This document shows positions 50,401-57,692 of a DNA stretch of 64,000 nucleotides, in pieces. This DNA comes from Bdellovibrionales bacterium (lineage in GTDB: Bacteria; Bdellovibrionota; Bdellovibrionia; Bdellovibrionales; UBA1609). The position numbers and the translations under genes were made by a program. Every line of letters starts with the position of its first letter. Position 1 is the first letter of the stretch. Under the pieces are notes generated by a model, which did no database searches, was not told the origin of the DNA, and was given only the letters and a program-made list of their open reading frames with translations. The stretch is from assembly GCA_027317865.1 (NCBI GenBank), contig DAHVQG010000003.1, positions 159,263 through 223,262 on the forward strand, written 5' to 3'.

Positions 50401-50750
50401 AGTTGTGTGAGAAGTCGGCACAAAACGCCATAGGATTCTCGAGTTTGGCAAAGCAAATGAACAGGGGCATGATCGGCAAATAAAATTTCGGCGCCCACGA
50501 TGTAATGAAACTCGGGCCGTTCGCGGGTCGCCGCCGCCAGTTGTGAGATGGCGGTATGATATCCGCGTGGCATGCCATAAACGCCGTTTTGATCGGTTAG
50601 TGCAAGGCCCGAAAGACCGTGGGCGATTGCGGTTTTAACGAGTTCTTCGGGATGTGAGGCGCCGAGCAAAAAGCTAAAGTTCGATTTGCAGCGAAGTTCG
50701 GCATACGCAGGTAAGGGTTGCGTTTTCAGGCGCCCCGTTCGGTGGCTCAT
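47454..50750 (-). CDS. dnaE2: Error-prone DNA polymerase DnaE2 (ImuC)
   Basis: SNFSFL.GASHPEEL, GRGSAANS, PPDIDIDF, YGFPESHAASFA, LVRQRPPTA. Confidence 0.97.
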   Translation of the reverse strand: MSHRTGRLKTQPLPAYAELRCKSNFSFLLGASHPEELVKTAIAHGLSGLALTDQNGVYGMPRGYHTAISQLAAATRERPEFHYIVGAEILFADHAPVHLLCQTRESYGVLCRLLTQLKSDKQKELGRIAFADFLNFMSSPANPSSEFICLPRIELTSLQLGLLKDVFAANMALPLTFYLDGHDANRVRTIRDLSRRFELPLVASNDVEYHVKSRKILQDVLISIREGKPLSQAGFALRANAERYILTPHEMARRYRDFQPALTKTLELAESCTFSPSELRYRYPSEWIPSGFSAQTYLEHLVWTHVTDRYPSGMSDKVKKQLEHELKLIGELRYADYFLTIYDIVEFAKRREILCQGRGSAANSAVCYVLGITAIDPVQMDLLFERFISAERGEPPDIDIDFEHERREEVIQYIYEKYGRHRAAMVSAVITYQYRNALREVCKAFGLPVGTLSAKKVERNFETLIKTRPVELRACTHPRAQIEAIARELHGFPRHLSIHSGGFTLSADPITEIVPVEPARMEGRTIIQWDKYDLDTLGLIKVDILSLGMLSCLRKTLQLVNLKLYEIPRDDNATFEMIGNCDTVGVFQIESRAQMSMLGRLQPKNFYDLVIEVAIVRPGPIVGKMVHPYLRRRQGLESITYPNAIVERILGRTLGIPLFQEQIMKLAIELAGFTPGESDQLRKCINAWRTSASIGQLAGRLMDGLRNAGLSREFAEQIFEHIKGFSHYGFPESHAASFALLAYASCYLKCHFPAEFACSAVNSQPMGFYRPDTILYDAIRHGVRVLPVSILHSQWDCTVENKSENARNYKDPPAAIRLGFRLVHGISRSDVEALIAERENLQFQNLADFVHRSNIKRDILERLALAGRFAELSHPTTDNNFSEEARYNPREALWALLEYQNLFRERRKGTEWQQLNLFAESAANLPANLPLTEIKQTDIKPDQFSPLSPLEHIQNEYSAFAMSLHGHPMSELRRRVKNVPKVTSQTVRTLATGTRVKVSGMTLVRQRPPTANGVCFATIEDEHGFMDLVLWKDIFEKYREVFLNHCFITVTATVQHEGATVSLIVSKVEPIFVGKPQDRPSEPATLLKNADPTQYFYG

Positions 50751-52252
50751 TCAAACACGCCATGTAGAAAATAGGTGGAATGGCTGCTGGAGCCGCTACT
50801 CGAGCCGTGAGTCACAGTGCGGAACACCCATAAATCAGGCATTGTGGGGTCTTTTGAGATGAGCCGAAAATAAACACGCTCCACCGATGCCGGGTACGGG
50901 GTGGTGGAGCATGCGTCACCCGAGTAAATGCGAGGCTCCCACCAATCGGCGAGTAAGACTTCTTTATTACGAACGGTCCAGTGTTCCGCTGCCCATTGTA
51001 GGGGGATCGGCTTTGGCAGAAGGCGCAACGGCCGTTCAGGTAATTCGTGTTGGATTTTTTTGGCGGCTTTCGGCTGAACAGTTTCGTCGTTCGTAAGCTT
51101 TAAAGAATCCGCCTCATGCACGCGCCGCCAATTTTTTTCGGGCAAATAGCTGGCGTGGGGTTCGGCAAAAAAGACCGCTGTGGGGCCAAGACGTGTAGCC
51201 AGTCGACTTATCAATTGGAAAAATGATTCTTCATTTTCTTCTTTTTTTTGATCAAAAAGATTTTTTTGTGTGAGTGAGTAGGGAGCTGTCTCGACAACCT
51301 CAAGCCGCATTTCGCTGATGGGCCGTTCAAAAAAAGACTTCGTCTGCAAACTATTTTCGAGTTTTTCGCGCAAAATTTGAAAAATCACTTTGCTGCCGAC
51401 ATGGGGGAGTTGAATAAAAATCGAAAACCGCTTCTCGCGCTCGCTCAGAAGCGAGGAGTCGTTGGGGCCGTGATCAGCTCCAGAAGCGCACTCGTGCTGT
51501 AGAACAATGTCGATTTGCCGGGCTCGCAGGCCCGAAGCGCCATGCGAAGACGGTGTTTGTGAGCCAGCGTGAGGGGACCTTCGAGCGCGTAATCGTAAAA
51601 CCGCACGCTCAATCATTGGGCGAAGTGGGAAATAAATCATTTCTAGATTTTGCGCGGGAGCTTCTTCATCAAATACAAACCGCTCAATCACGTGCTCACG
51701 GGGGCAAAAAGGCGGCCAAACGATGTCGTTTTGCCCTTGTGCGCGCAGATAAGCTAAAAGTCCAAATCGAGAAAATCGTGAGGCGAGCTCATACTGCGGA
51801 AGTCTTAAAAAATCGCCGATGGTTTTGACCCCCATCAGGCGAAGAGTTTGCGCCATTTCAATCAGCCGCGCTTCTGTATCAAGTTGATTGCCGAGCGGGT
51901 CGACATAAAACGTTACCGCTTCAATGGGGAGTTGTGACTTGCAGTCGAGGCGAAAAAACGCCAAACCCAGTGCCGTGCCAACGTCGTCGGCTATGGCAAG
52001 ATGAGCGTCGAGGGCAATCCGTCGCAATGTGGCTCGCGTACGGGCGAGAAAAGTCGGCTCCCGATAGAGCGCTTGGCATTTTGAAATTTCTAGAAATAAA
52101 GCCTCGTAGCCTAAAGGTTTATGGTTTAAAGTTTTATAGCGACGCCATGTCACATAAGGAGTTGCCCGATAAAAAATTTCGGCAATAGTTTGGATGTCAG
52201 AAACGGGATGGGCAAAGTAAATGCATATGACGCGGGCGTGAGGATGAGCCAT
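50747..52252 (-). CDS. imuB: ImuB, inactive Y-family polymerase scaffold
   Basis: Position in cassette; LMGVKTIGDFLRLP, RLATRLG, RPLRLL, WW, LHGVF; start set at ATG 52252. Confidence 0.85.
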   Translation of the reverse strand: MAHPHARVICIYFAHPVSDIQTIAEIFYRATPYVTWRRYKTLNHKPLGYEALFLEISKCQALYREPTFLARTRATLRRIALDAHLAIADDVGTALGLAFFRLDCKSQLPIEAVTFYVDPLGNQLDTEARLIEMAQTLRLMGVKTIGDFLRLPQYELASRFSRFGLLAYLRAQGQNDIVWPPFCPREHVIERFVFDEEAPAQNLEMIYFPLRPMIERAVLRLRARRSPHAGSQTPSSHGASGLRARQIDIVLQHECASGADHGPNDSSLLSEREKRFSIFIQLPHVGSKVIFQILREKLENSLQTKSFFERPISEMRLEVVETAPYSLTQKNLFDQKKEENEESFFQLISRLATRLGPTAVFFAEPHASYLPEKNWRRVHEADSLKLTNDETVQPKAAKKIQHELPERPLRLLPKPIPLQWAAEHWTVRNKEVLLADWWEPRIYSGDACSTTPYPASVERVYFRLISKDPTMPDLWVFRTVTHGSSSGSSSHSTYFLHGVFE

Positions 52253-52844
52253 CAGATGCCTCCAACAGTGATTTTTGCGCTTCAAGCTGCAAGTGTGGAA
52301 CCCAACTCTTATGAGCTTGTCGTGAAAGCAAGAAGAAATGAGTGTGGTAAGATTCAGATAGAAGCTGGTAGCGCCGCAATTCGCGCTCAGAAAAAACGCT
52401 GACATCAGCATGACCGGTTTTAAGTGAGGGGCCAGCCACGCCAATGTCAGCGACAATAACTTGAAAGCAACCCGATTCGAGAACTTGGATCAAACACCAA
52501 TTCACTTGATTGCCGGCTTCAACAAAAAGAATATTTTGTAAATTCGCGCCCTTTTGCGACAGAGCAAACGGATGGACAGTAAGCTTGCTTGTGACCCATG
52601 CGACTCGCATCTCAGGATGTTCACTTAGAAATAAAGCCAGAGCCGTTGTTTTAGTTGGGCCGACAATTTCAATCAATGAGCCGACGGCGAATCCGTCTTC
52701 ATAAAATGAAAACGAAGTTCGCTCTTTTGTCTGGCCATCTGCTCCTAGTCGCTGGCGCAGTTCATCGAATTTTTTAAGCCGTGCGGTCGCGACATCGTCT
52801 TCGCGCTGGGCAGACAAATCAATTTGCGTAACGGATGAGTCCAT
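52197..52844 (-). CDS. imuA: ImuA, RecA-like mutasome protein
   Basis: GSLIEIVG..KT degenerate P-loop, VAWV, LESGCF, LRRYQL. Confidence 0.8.
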   Translation of the reverse strand: MDSSVTQIDLSAQREDDVATARLKKFDELRQRLGADGQTKERTSFSFYEDGFAVGSLIEIVGPTKTTALALFLSEHPEMRVAWVTSKLTVHPFALSQKGANLQNILFVEAGNQVNWCLIQVLESGCFQVIVADIGVAGPSLKTGHADVSVFSERELRRYQLLSESYHTHFFLLSRQAHKSWVPHLQLEAQKSLLEASDGSSSRPRHMHLLCPSRF

Positions 52845-53418
52845 GCATTACCCCTGCAATTCGAAAACTTTGGTGAGGTTCGACAATAATTGGTTTGTAT
52901 TTGGGATTGGCCGCGTGCAACTCAACTCGATCAGCCCGCTTTTTAAAAAATCGTTTGAGGGTCGCTTCGTCTTCAATTTCAGCGACGATGAGATCGCCGT
53001 TTTGTGCCGTGTTTTGTTCGCGAATAACCACGAAATCGCCTTCGAAAATTCCGTCGTTGATCATCGAATCGCCGACAACTTCGAGAGCGAAATAGGCCCC
53101 TGGAGTTTTGAGCATCTTGCGCGGCACTTCAAGGCGTTCGTCGAATTTATAACGTTCGAGCGGGCGGCCTGCGGCCACTTGCCCAAGAAGCGGGACCAGA
53201 TTGCCTTCTTTGTATAAAGTAAGGCCATTCGAGAGATGATGCTCTTTGGTCAGATAACCTTTCTTGATTAATGTTTCGACATAATGTTGAACCGTTGATT
53301 TGGCCGTATAACCAAAGTGCTTACCGATGACTTCATAGGTTGGTGAGACGCCGGTGCGGTTTCGATAGTTTTCAATGAAATCGAGGATGCGCCTCTGGTT
53401 AAGCGTTAAATTTTGCAT
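52819..53418 (-). CDS. lexA: SOS repressor LexA
   Basis: LTLNQRRIL, SPT, G.VAAG cleavage site, GDSM, ATLKR; SD AAGGA before ATG 53418. Confidence 0.95.
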   Translation of the reverse strand: MQNLTLNQRRILDFIENYRNRTGVSPTYEVIGKHFGYTAKSTVQHYVETLIKKGYLTKEHHLSNGLTLYKEGNLVPLLGQVAAGRPLERYKFDERLEVPRKMLKTPGAYFALEVVGDSMINDGIFEGDFVVIREQNTAQNGDLIVAEIEDEATLKRFFKKRADRVELHAANPKYKPIIVEPHQSFRIAGVMHGLIRYAN

Positions 53419-53467
53419 GTTAGTCCTTTGCGAGTCTTGGTTCATTATATAAGGCCATCGGCAACTA

Positions 53468-53517
53468 CCGTACTTTTATCGTACTTTCACAATACCCGTA
53501 CTTTTATCGTACTTCAA
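53468..53517 (-). promoter_or_regulatory. lexA sigma-70 promoter overlapped by two 19-bp direct repeats (candidate SOS boxes)
   Basis: CCGTACTTTTATCGTACTT at 53468-53486 and 53496-53514; minus strand TTGAAG-N17-TATTGT at 53517-53489. Confidence 0.8.
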
Positions 53518-53714
53518 GAGTTTTTTTGAGGCATAACCAAACAAAGTGGGCGCATTGATTCATTTTGGAGCATCGATGCCGCGTCAAATGGCTGCTCAAC
53601 ACTTTAATGCGGGAGGGGGCTGTCAAACAAAGAGCACAAATGATTTTTCTTCGCCTGGCTGAGTTTATGTTACAATTGTATAAATAATGTACGTTTATGA
53701 AAGGGATTTAATTT

Positions 53715-54479
53715 ATGGGACAAAATCTGCGTCTCGTAATATTAGACTATCCAAAGTTAATGTTAGACCAAGATACGGTTCGACGGGCATTTGCCGACAT
53801 GATCGTCGTCAAGCAAAAGAATTTTGCCCGAACTTCAGAATCGTACGTCAGTATGGGACCGCTCGACATGATCAGCACCCATTTCTTAATTTATGATCAA
53901 ACTCAAGTTTACGAACCCCGGCTGGCAGGCGGGTTTCGTTGCTGCTGGGGCAATCGGACTCGTTACCACAAGCTCAGCCTACCCATAGAAGAGTACATTA
54001 CCTATGCGCCGATTGAGTATCGAAAGAAGTTTGAAGAATTTCGATCGACAAGGCCGGTGATTGTCGACGGCAACGCTTGGTTTGTCGATCCCGAATACAC
54101 TTATTCGAAATCCGGCTTGCGGCTTTCTGAATTAATCTACACGGCATTCGTACAATTCATTGTGCGCAAGGGGTTCGATCATTACGTCGGGGCCGCGAAC
54201 GAAAAATACAAAGCCTCGAGGTGGGCGATGCCGACTGGATATACGCGGGATGGAATGATATTTACCCATCCCAAAGTGCCGGATCCTCATAAACTTTTAT
54301 TATTTGAACATTTAAATTATGAGTGGCTCTACGACTGTTCGATGCAATATGCCGAGTTCATTTCTCAGAGGGTGGAGGTAAAGCCCGAAACCTACCCAAC
54401 TCCTGAAACTACAATGTCAGTTGAGGATGCGGTGGAGCTCATCCAAGCAAGAAAGCGAAGCGATTCAATCGCGGCTTAA
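53715..54479 (+). CDS. LuxI/FeeM-like GNAT-fold acyltransferase (divergent)
   Basis: KQKNF, LDMISTHFLIYD, LAGGFRC, LP, VDGNAWFVDPEY follow the order of AHL / N-acyl amino acid synthase blocks; SD AAGGGA. Confidence 0.5.
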   Translation: MGQNLRLVILDYPKLMLDQDTVRRAFADMIVVKQKNFARTSESYVSMGPLDMISTHFLIYDQTQVYEPRLAGGFRCCWGNRTRYHKLSLPIEEYITYAPIEYRKKFEEFRSTRPVIVDGNAWFVDPEYTYSKSGLRLSELIYTAFVQFIVRKGFDHYVGAANEKYKASRWAMPTGYTRDGMIFTHPKVPDPHKLLLFEHLNYEWLYDCSMQYAEFISQRVEVKPETYPTPETTMSVEDAVELIQARKRSDSIAA

Positions 54480-55340
54480 AAAAATGCAATCGTTGAATTC
54501 AGTTTCGTAAACCGAAGCCTCGTCGCCTTGGCTTACGCATTTAACGGTCGACATCGGCAACGCCGGTAGGCCACATTGTGAGATTACATTGCCGAACATT
54601 TGTGAGCGATAGGCATAGAGTTCAGGAGAGCCGTATTTTGGATTTTTCGTGGCTTCTATAAGTAACTCCGTCGGTTTACAAATGATTCTGACCTTATTAG
54701 GCCAAACTTCGAAATCATAAGTAAAGTTCTCATCGAACGATTTTGTGGCTTCGGCCACGACTTCCCACGCTTCTGCATACCGGTGGCACTGGCGAAACAA
54801 ACGAGCCCCGGCTTGATCTTCTTCGGTGGTTAAATAGATAAACCGTGAAAGGCGCTGAATATCTTCAATGGTGTTACCTAGCGCAATGAACTCCCGCAGT
54901 AAATCTTCAAAAAAAGTGATGCTGATGCGATTTGATATAAATCTAAAATAGTCGGGGTGAACGCCCATCCGGTAGAGAATGCCTTTTGCATAATACGCTC
55001 CGTAACGCAAATTCATATATTCGACGATATGCCGGGATGACATTGTGTAACTAAAGGCGTTTGTTAAATATTTAGGATTTATTTTATCGTCAAAATCAAG
55101 AATTCCAGTATCTACGGTAGACGCCGAAATGCGGCCGTTGAGTAAATCATCGTCGGTTGCTCCCAGCGCCCAGGTGAGATTTCGAATTTTAGAAATTGGA
55201 AAATTCGATTCGTGGTGAACCCACCACCTCATGCAATCACTGGCTGAAACATCTAACTTTTGGGCAAGTTTTTGCAGCGAGACCCCGTGCTTATCGACGA
55301 GGCGACGGAGTCCCTGATTGAGGTCGGTGGTGGTTGCCAT
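54465..55340 (-). CDS. XRE-HTH regulator with C-terminal V4R/H-NOX-like ligand-binding domain
   Basis: N-terminal SLQKLAQKLDVS HTH; C-terminal KCVSQGDEASVYETEF resembles the V4R C-x-x-x-G-D motif. Confidence 0.6.
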   Translation of the reverse strand: MATTTDLNQGLRRLVDKHGVSLQKLAQKLDVSASDCMRWWVHHESNFPISKIRNLTWALGATDDDLLNGRISASTVDTGILDFDDKINPKYLTNAFSYTMSSRHIVEYMNLRYGAYYAKGILYRMGVHPDYFRFISNRISITFFEDLLREFIALGNTIEDIQRLSRFIYLTTEEDQAGARLFRQCHRYAEAWEVVAEATKSFDENFTYDFEVWPNKVRIICKPTELLIEATKNPKYGSPELYAYRSQMFGNVISQCGLPALPMSTVKCVSQGDEASVYETEFNDCIFLSRD

Positions 55341-55355
55341 AAAAGGCGTTCAGCG

Positions 55356-55640
55356 CTAGCTCGCGCGGCGGTGTTTTTTGCCGTGTCCGAAAAGATTTTC
55401 AACGTCGTCTTCAGCACAAACGCGATAAATCTTACGAAAACGGTTTTGGTCCATTTTTAATAGGCCAATCGTTTTGGCCAACATGGATTCCGGCATCATG
55501 ACATGACCTTTTTCAATTTTACCAAGAAACTGTGCGGAACAGCGCAAATTCTTTGCTAAAACCGTTTGGGTCATGCTGAGTTGGCGGCGGCGTTCAAAAA
55601 TGTACGCGCCAATCATTTCTGCGAGGAGTGAGTGTCTCAT
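55356..55640 (-). CDS. XRE-family HTH transcriptional regulator
   Basis: IGAYIFERRRQLSMTQTVLAKNLRCSAQFLGKIEKG; SD AAGGA. Confidence 0.88.
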   Translation of the reverse strand: MRHSLLAEMIGAYIFERRRQLSMTQTVLAKNLRCSAQFLGKIEKGHVMMPESMLAKTIGLLKMDQNRFRKIYRVCAEDDVENLFGHGKKHRRAS

Positions 55641-55843
55641 AGTGTTGCCATCCTTTTTTAGGGTTATCGTACCCGTTGTTTACTTTTCAGCGGCAAATAT
55701 ACCCTATTGCGGTTCTCGACGCAATAGAGCAATTTTGTCTAGATCAATTTTTGTCGGCAGCTTATTTCGTAAATTCAATAAGTTTAAAGAAAAGTTCTTC
55801 TGTGACCTATAGAGATATTCTAAATGTGCCGAAAAGTGACAAT

Positions 55844-56713
55844 ATGACCAAATTTTATACACAGACGTACACGCGTAATTGGCCGGTTATTCCGCAAGAA
55901 ACTCAAGAGAAGTTAAGCCGACTTAAAGTTGCTGTAGCGGGCTGCGGTTCAACCGGCGGTGGTTTTATCGATGGGCTGCTCCGCCTTGGTGTGCAGTCCT
56001 TTCACCTGGCCGACGATGGCGCCTATGAACGGAATAACCTTAATCGACAGTTCGTATATTTAAACGATATTGATCGAAACAAGGCAACCGTGCACGCCCG
56101 TCGCATTAAGGAGTTAAACCCGGAAGCCAATGTGCAGGTGTGGAGCGAGGGTTTGACCGAAAATAATGTTTTCGACTTTGTAAGTGATTGCGATTTTGTT
56201 TTCGACGCTATTGATGTTACGACTGCGGCCGGCATGGCCATGAAACTACGACTCCATGAAGTGCTACATGAAAAGCGTGTGCCGACCGGATCGGCTTTAG
56301 ATCTCGGCTATAAACAGTGGCTACAAAGCTACAATTACCATCTGGGCGAAGACGTTTTGAAAGGACGGCTAAGTCAGGCGCGAGCATGTACAAACCCGCT
56401 TCACGCTGTCTTTGAGGGGTTTTGTGCGGTAGAAGAGCTGCCGCTCGAAATTACTGAAGAATTAATTCGTTTGCTTCAAACCCCCGGCGCCAATTGCTGC
56501 CAACTCGCATGCGTGTGTTTTTTGCTTGCTGGTATGGCAACTCCGTACATGATTCATTTCATTGAGACAAATCGCCTGCCGAATCTCATCACAATGGATT
56601 TACTCGATCCCTACTTAAGCGCGAGGGAGAAACGTGAGCGGGCCGCAAAAACTATCGATGCGCATCGCCGCTTACGTGCAATTCTTGATGGGCTTGAATT
56701 AAAGGCGGCCTAA
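55844..56713 (+). CDS. ThiF/E1-like adenylyltransferase
   Basis: GCGSTGG, DDGAYERNNLNRQ, NKA, DAID; lacks the MoeB CxxC pairs; start set at ATG 55844. Confidence 0.88.
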   Translation: MTKFYTQTYTRNWPVIPQETQEKLSRLKVAVAGCGSTGGGFIDGLLRLGVQSFHLADDGAYERNNLNRQFVYLNDIDRNKATVHARRIKELNPEANVQVWSEGLTENNVFDFVSDCDFVFDAIDVTTAAGMAMKLRLHEVLHEKRVPTGSALDLGYKQWLQSYNYHLGEDVLKGRLSQARACTNPLHAVFEGFCAVEELPLEITEELIRLLQTPGANCCQLACVCFLLAGMATPYMIHFIETNRLPNLITMDLLDPYLSAREKRERAAKTIDAHRRLRAILDGLELKAA

Positions 56714-56731
56714 CCGCAAGGTGTAACGACA

Positions 56732-57523
56732 ATGTCGTCAAAAAAATCGTACTTTTTTTTACACTACGGCCCCGGTGGTAACTGCGACGCCGAACGTTCG
56801 TACTGGGGTTCTGATAAGGGGATATACTTTTGGGACCAACCGGCGGCAACGACCTTCGAGGATCTCGTTCAAAGTTGCGTTAGTAAGTTTGAAACCTACG
56901 CCCAACAAAATCAGTGCCAAGGCATCATCGGGCACAGCTTTGGTTGCGATTTGGCCGTTGAAATGGCAAAGCGTCTGAAGCATCTGCCGGCAAAAGTCAT
57001 TCTCATCGCGCCGATCCCCAATCTTTACATAGCATTTGAAAATTTAGCGAAAAGAGTTTTGAAAAGCGGTGATGTCGACGCGACGATTCGAATCGCCATA
57101 GAAAGTAAATTGGGGTTACTAAAGTCGGTTGATATTTCGTCGTTATGGGACCTCGTATTTAGCACGTACCAATATCCAAATATTGGCCGCATTTTTTGGG
57201 CTAAAGACAGTGCCTTTGCCGAATACGCAAACCGTTCAAAAACATTTAAAGCAATGGATTTGGGAGTTTGGCAAAACATTTTAACCGACTATGTTAAAAA
57301 CTATAGTCCGGTACTGTTGAAAGAAAACCCGGAACCGCAACGAGATAGAACCTGGGCTTACATGGGCAGGCATGATCCCTATACGGACGGCAACAGCAGC
57401 GAATCTGACCAATGGCTAAAGATCGCGCGCCCGGAGCACATTTTAGTTGATGAAGATTCAGGCCATTGGCCCCATCTCGAGAGCGCAAACACGTTTTTAA
57501 AATTTATATCAGGGGTCGATTAA
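56732..57523 (+). CDS. Alpha/beta hydrolase
   Basis: HYGPGG oxyanion motif, GHSFG nucleophile, GRHDP, SGHWPHLE. Confidence 0.88.
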   Translation: MSSKKSYFFLHYGPGGNCDAERSYWGSDKGIYFWDQPAATTFEDLVQSCVSKFETYAQQNQCQGIIGHSFGCDLAVEMAKRLKHLPAKVILIAPIPNLYIAFENLAKRVLKSGDVDATIRIAIESKLGLLKSVDISSLWDLVFSTYQYPNIGRIFWAKDSAFAEYANRSKTFKAMDLGVWQNILTDYVKNYSPVLLKENPEPQRDRTWAYMGRHDPYTDGNSSESDQWLKIARPEHILVDEDSGHWPHLESANTFLKFISGVD

Positions 57524-57692
57524 ACATTAACGACGGGTTTACAACTATTTGTGCTGGTTGTGATTATTTGGCTCAAATTCCGCACAATCACACCGAAAAG
57601 AATGAGCACGTTTTAGTTTGCGCACGGGGTGCAGATTAAGAGCGCGACATTTAACACGGGCAAATAGACCCGCGAACTCAAGGAGGTTCTTA

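Noticed and set aside
52253-52456. N-terminal extension of imuB
   Set aside because: Lies within imuA; ATG 52252 gives a more plausible start
53468-53514. 19-bp repeats as a mini-CRISPR
   Set aside because: Only two copies, 9-bp gap, no cas genes; the position fits an operator
53687-53896. 69-aa alternate-frame ORF as a RiPP precursor
   Set aside because: Overlaps the synthase-like gene out of frame and has no SD or precursor features
55676-55843. ThiF N-terminal extension as a fused leader or precursor peptide
   Set aside because: TTG start without SD, running through the AT-rich divergent promoter and operator-like repeats
55844-56713. ThiF as part of CBASS/Bil-type anti-phage ubiquitin-like defence or thiamine/Moco synthesis
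   Set aside because: No cyclase, E2, JAB, Ubl, thiS or moaD nearby
57618-57692. c-di-GMP-I riboswitch (GGGCAAA seen)
   Set aside because: No following GAAA tetraloop / GACGCAAA elements
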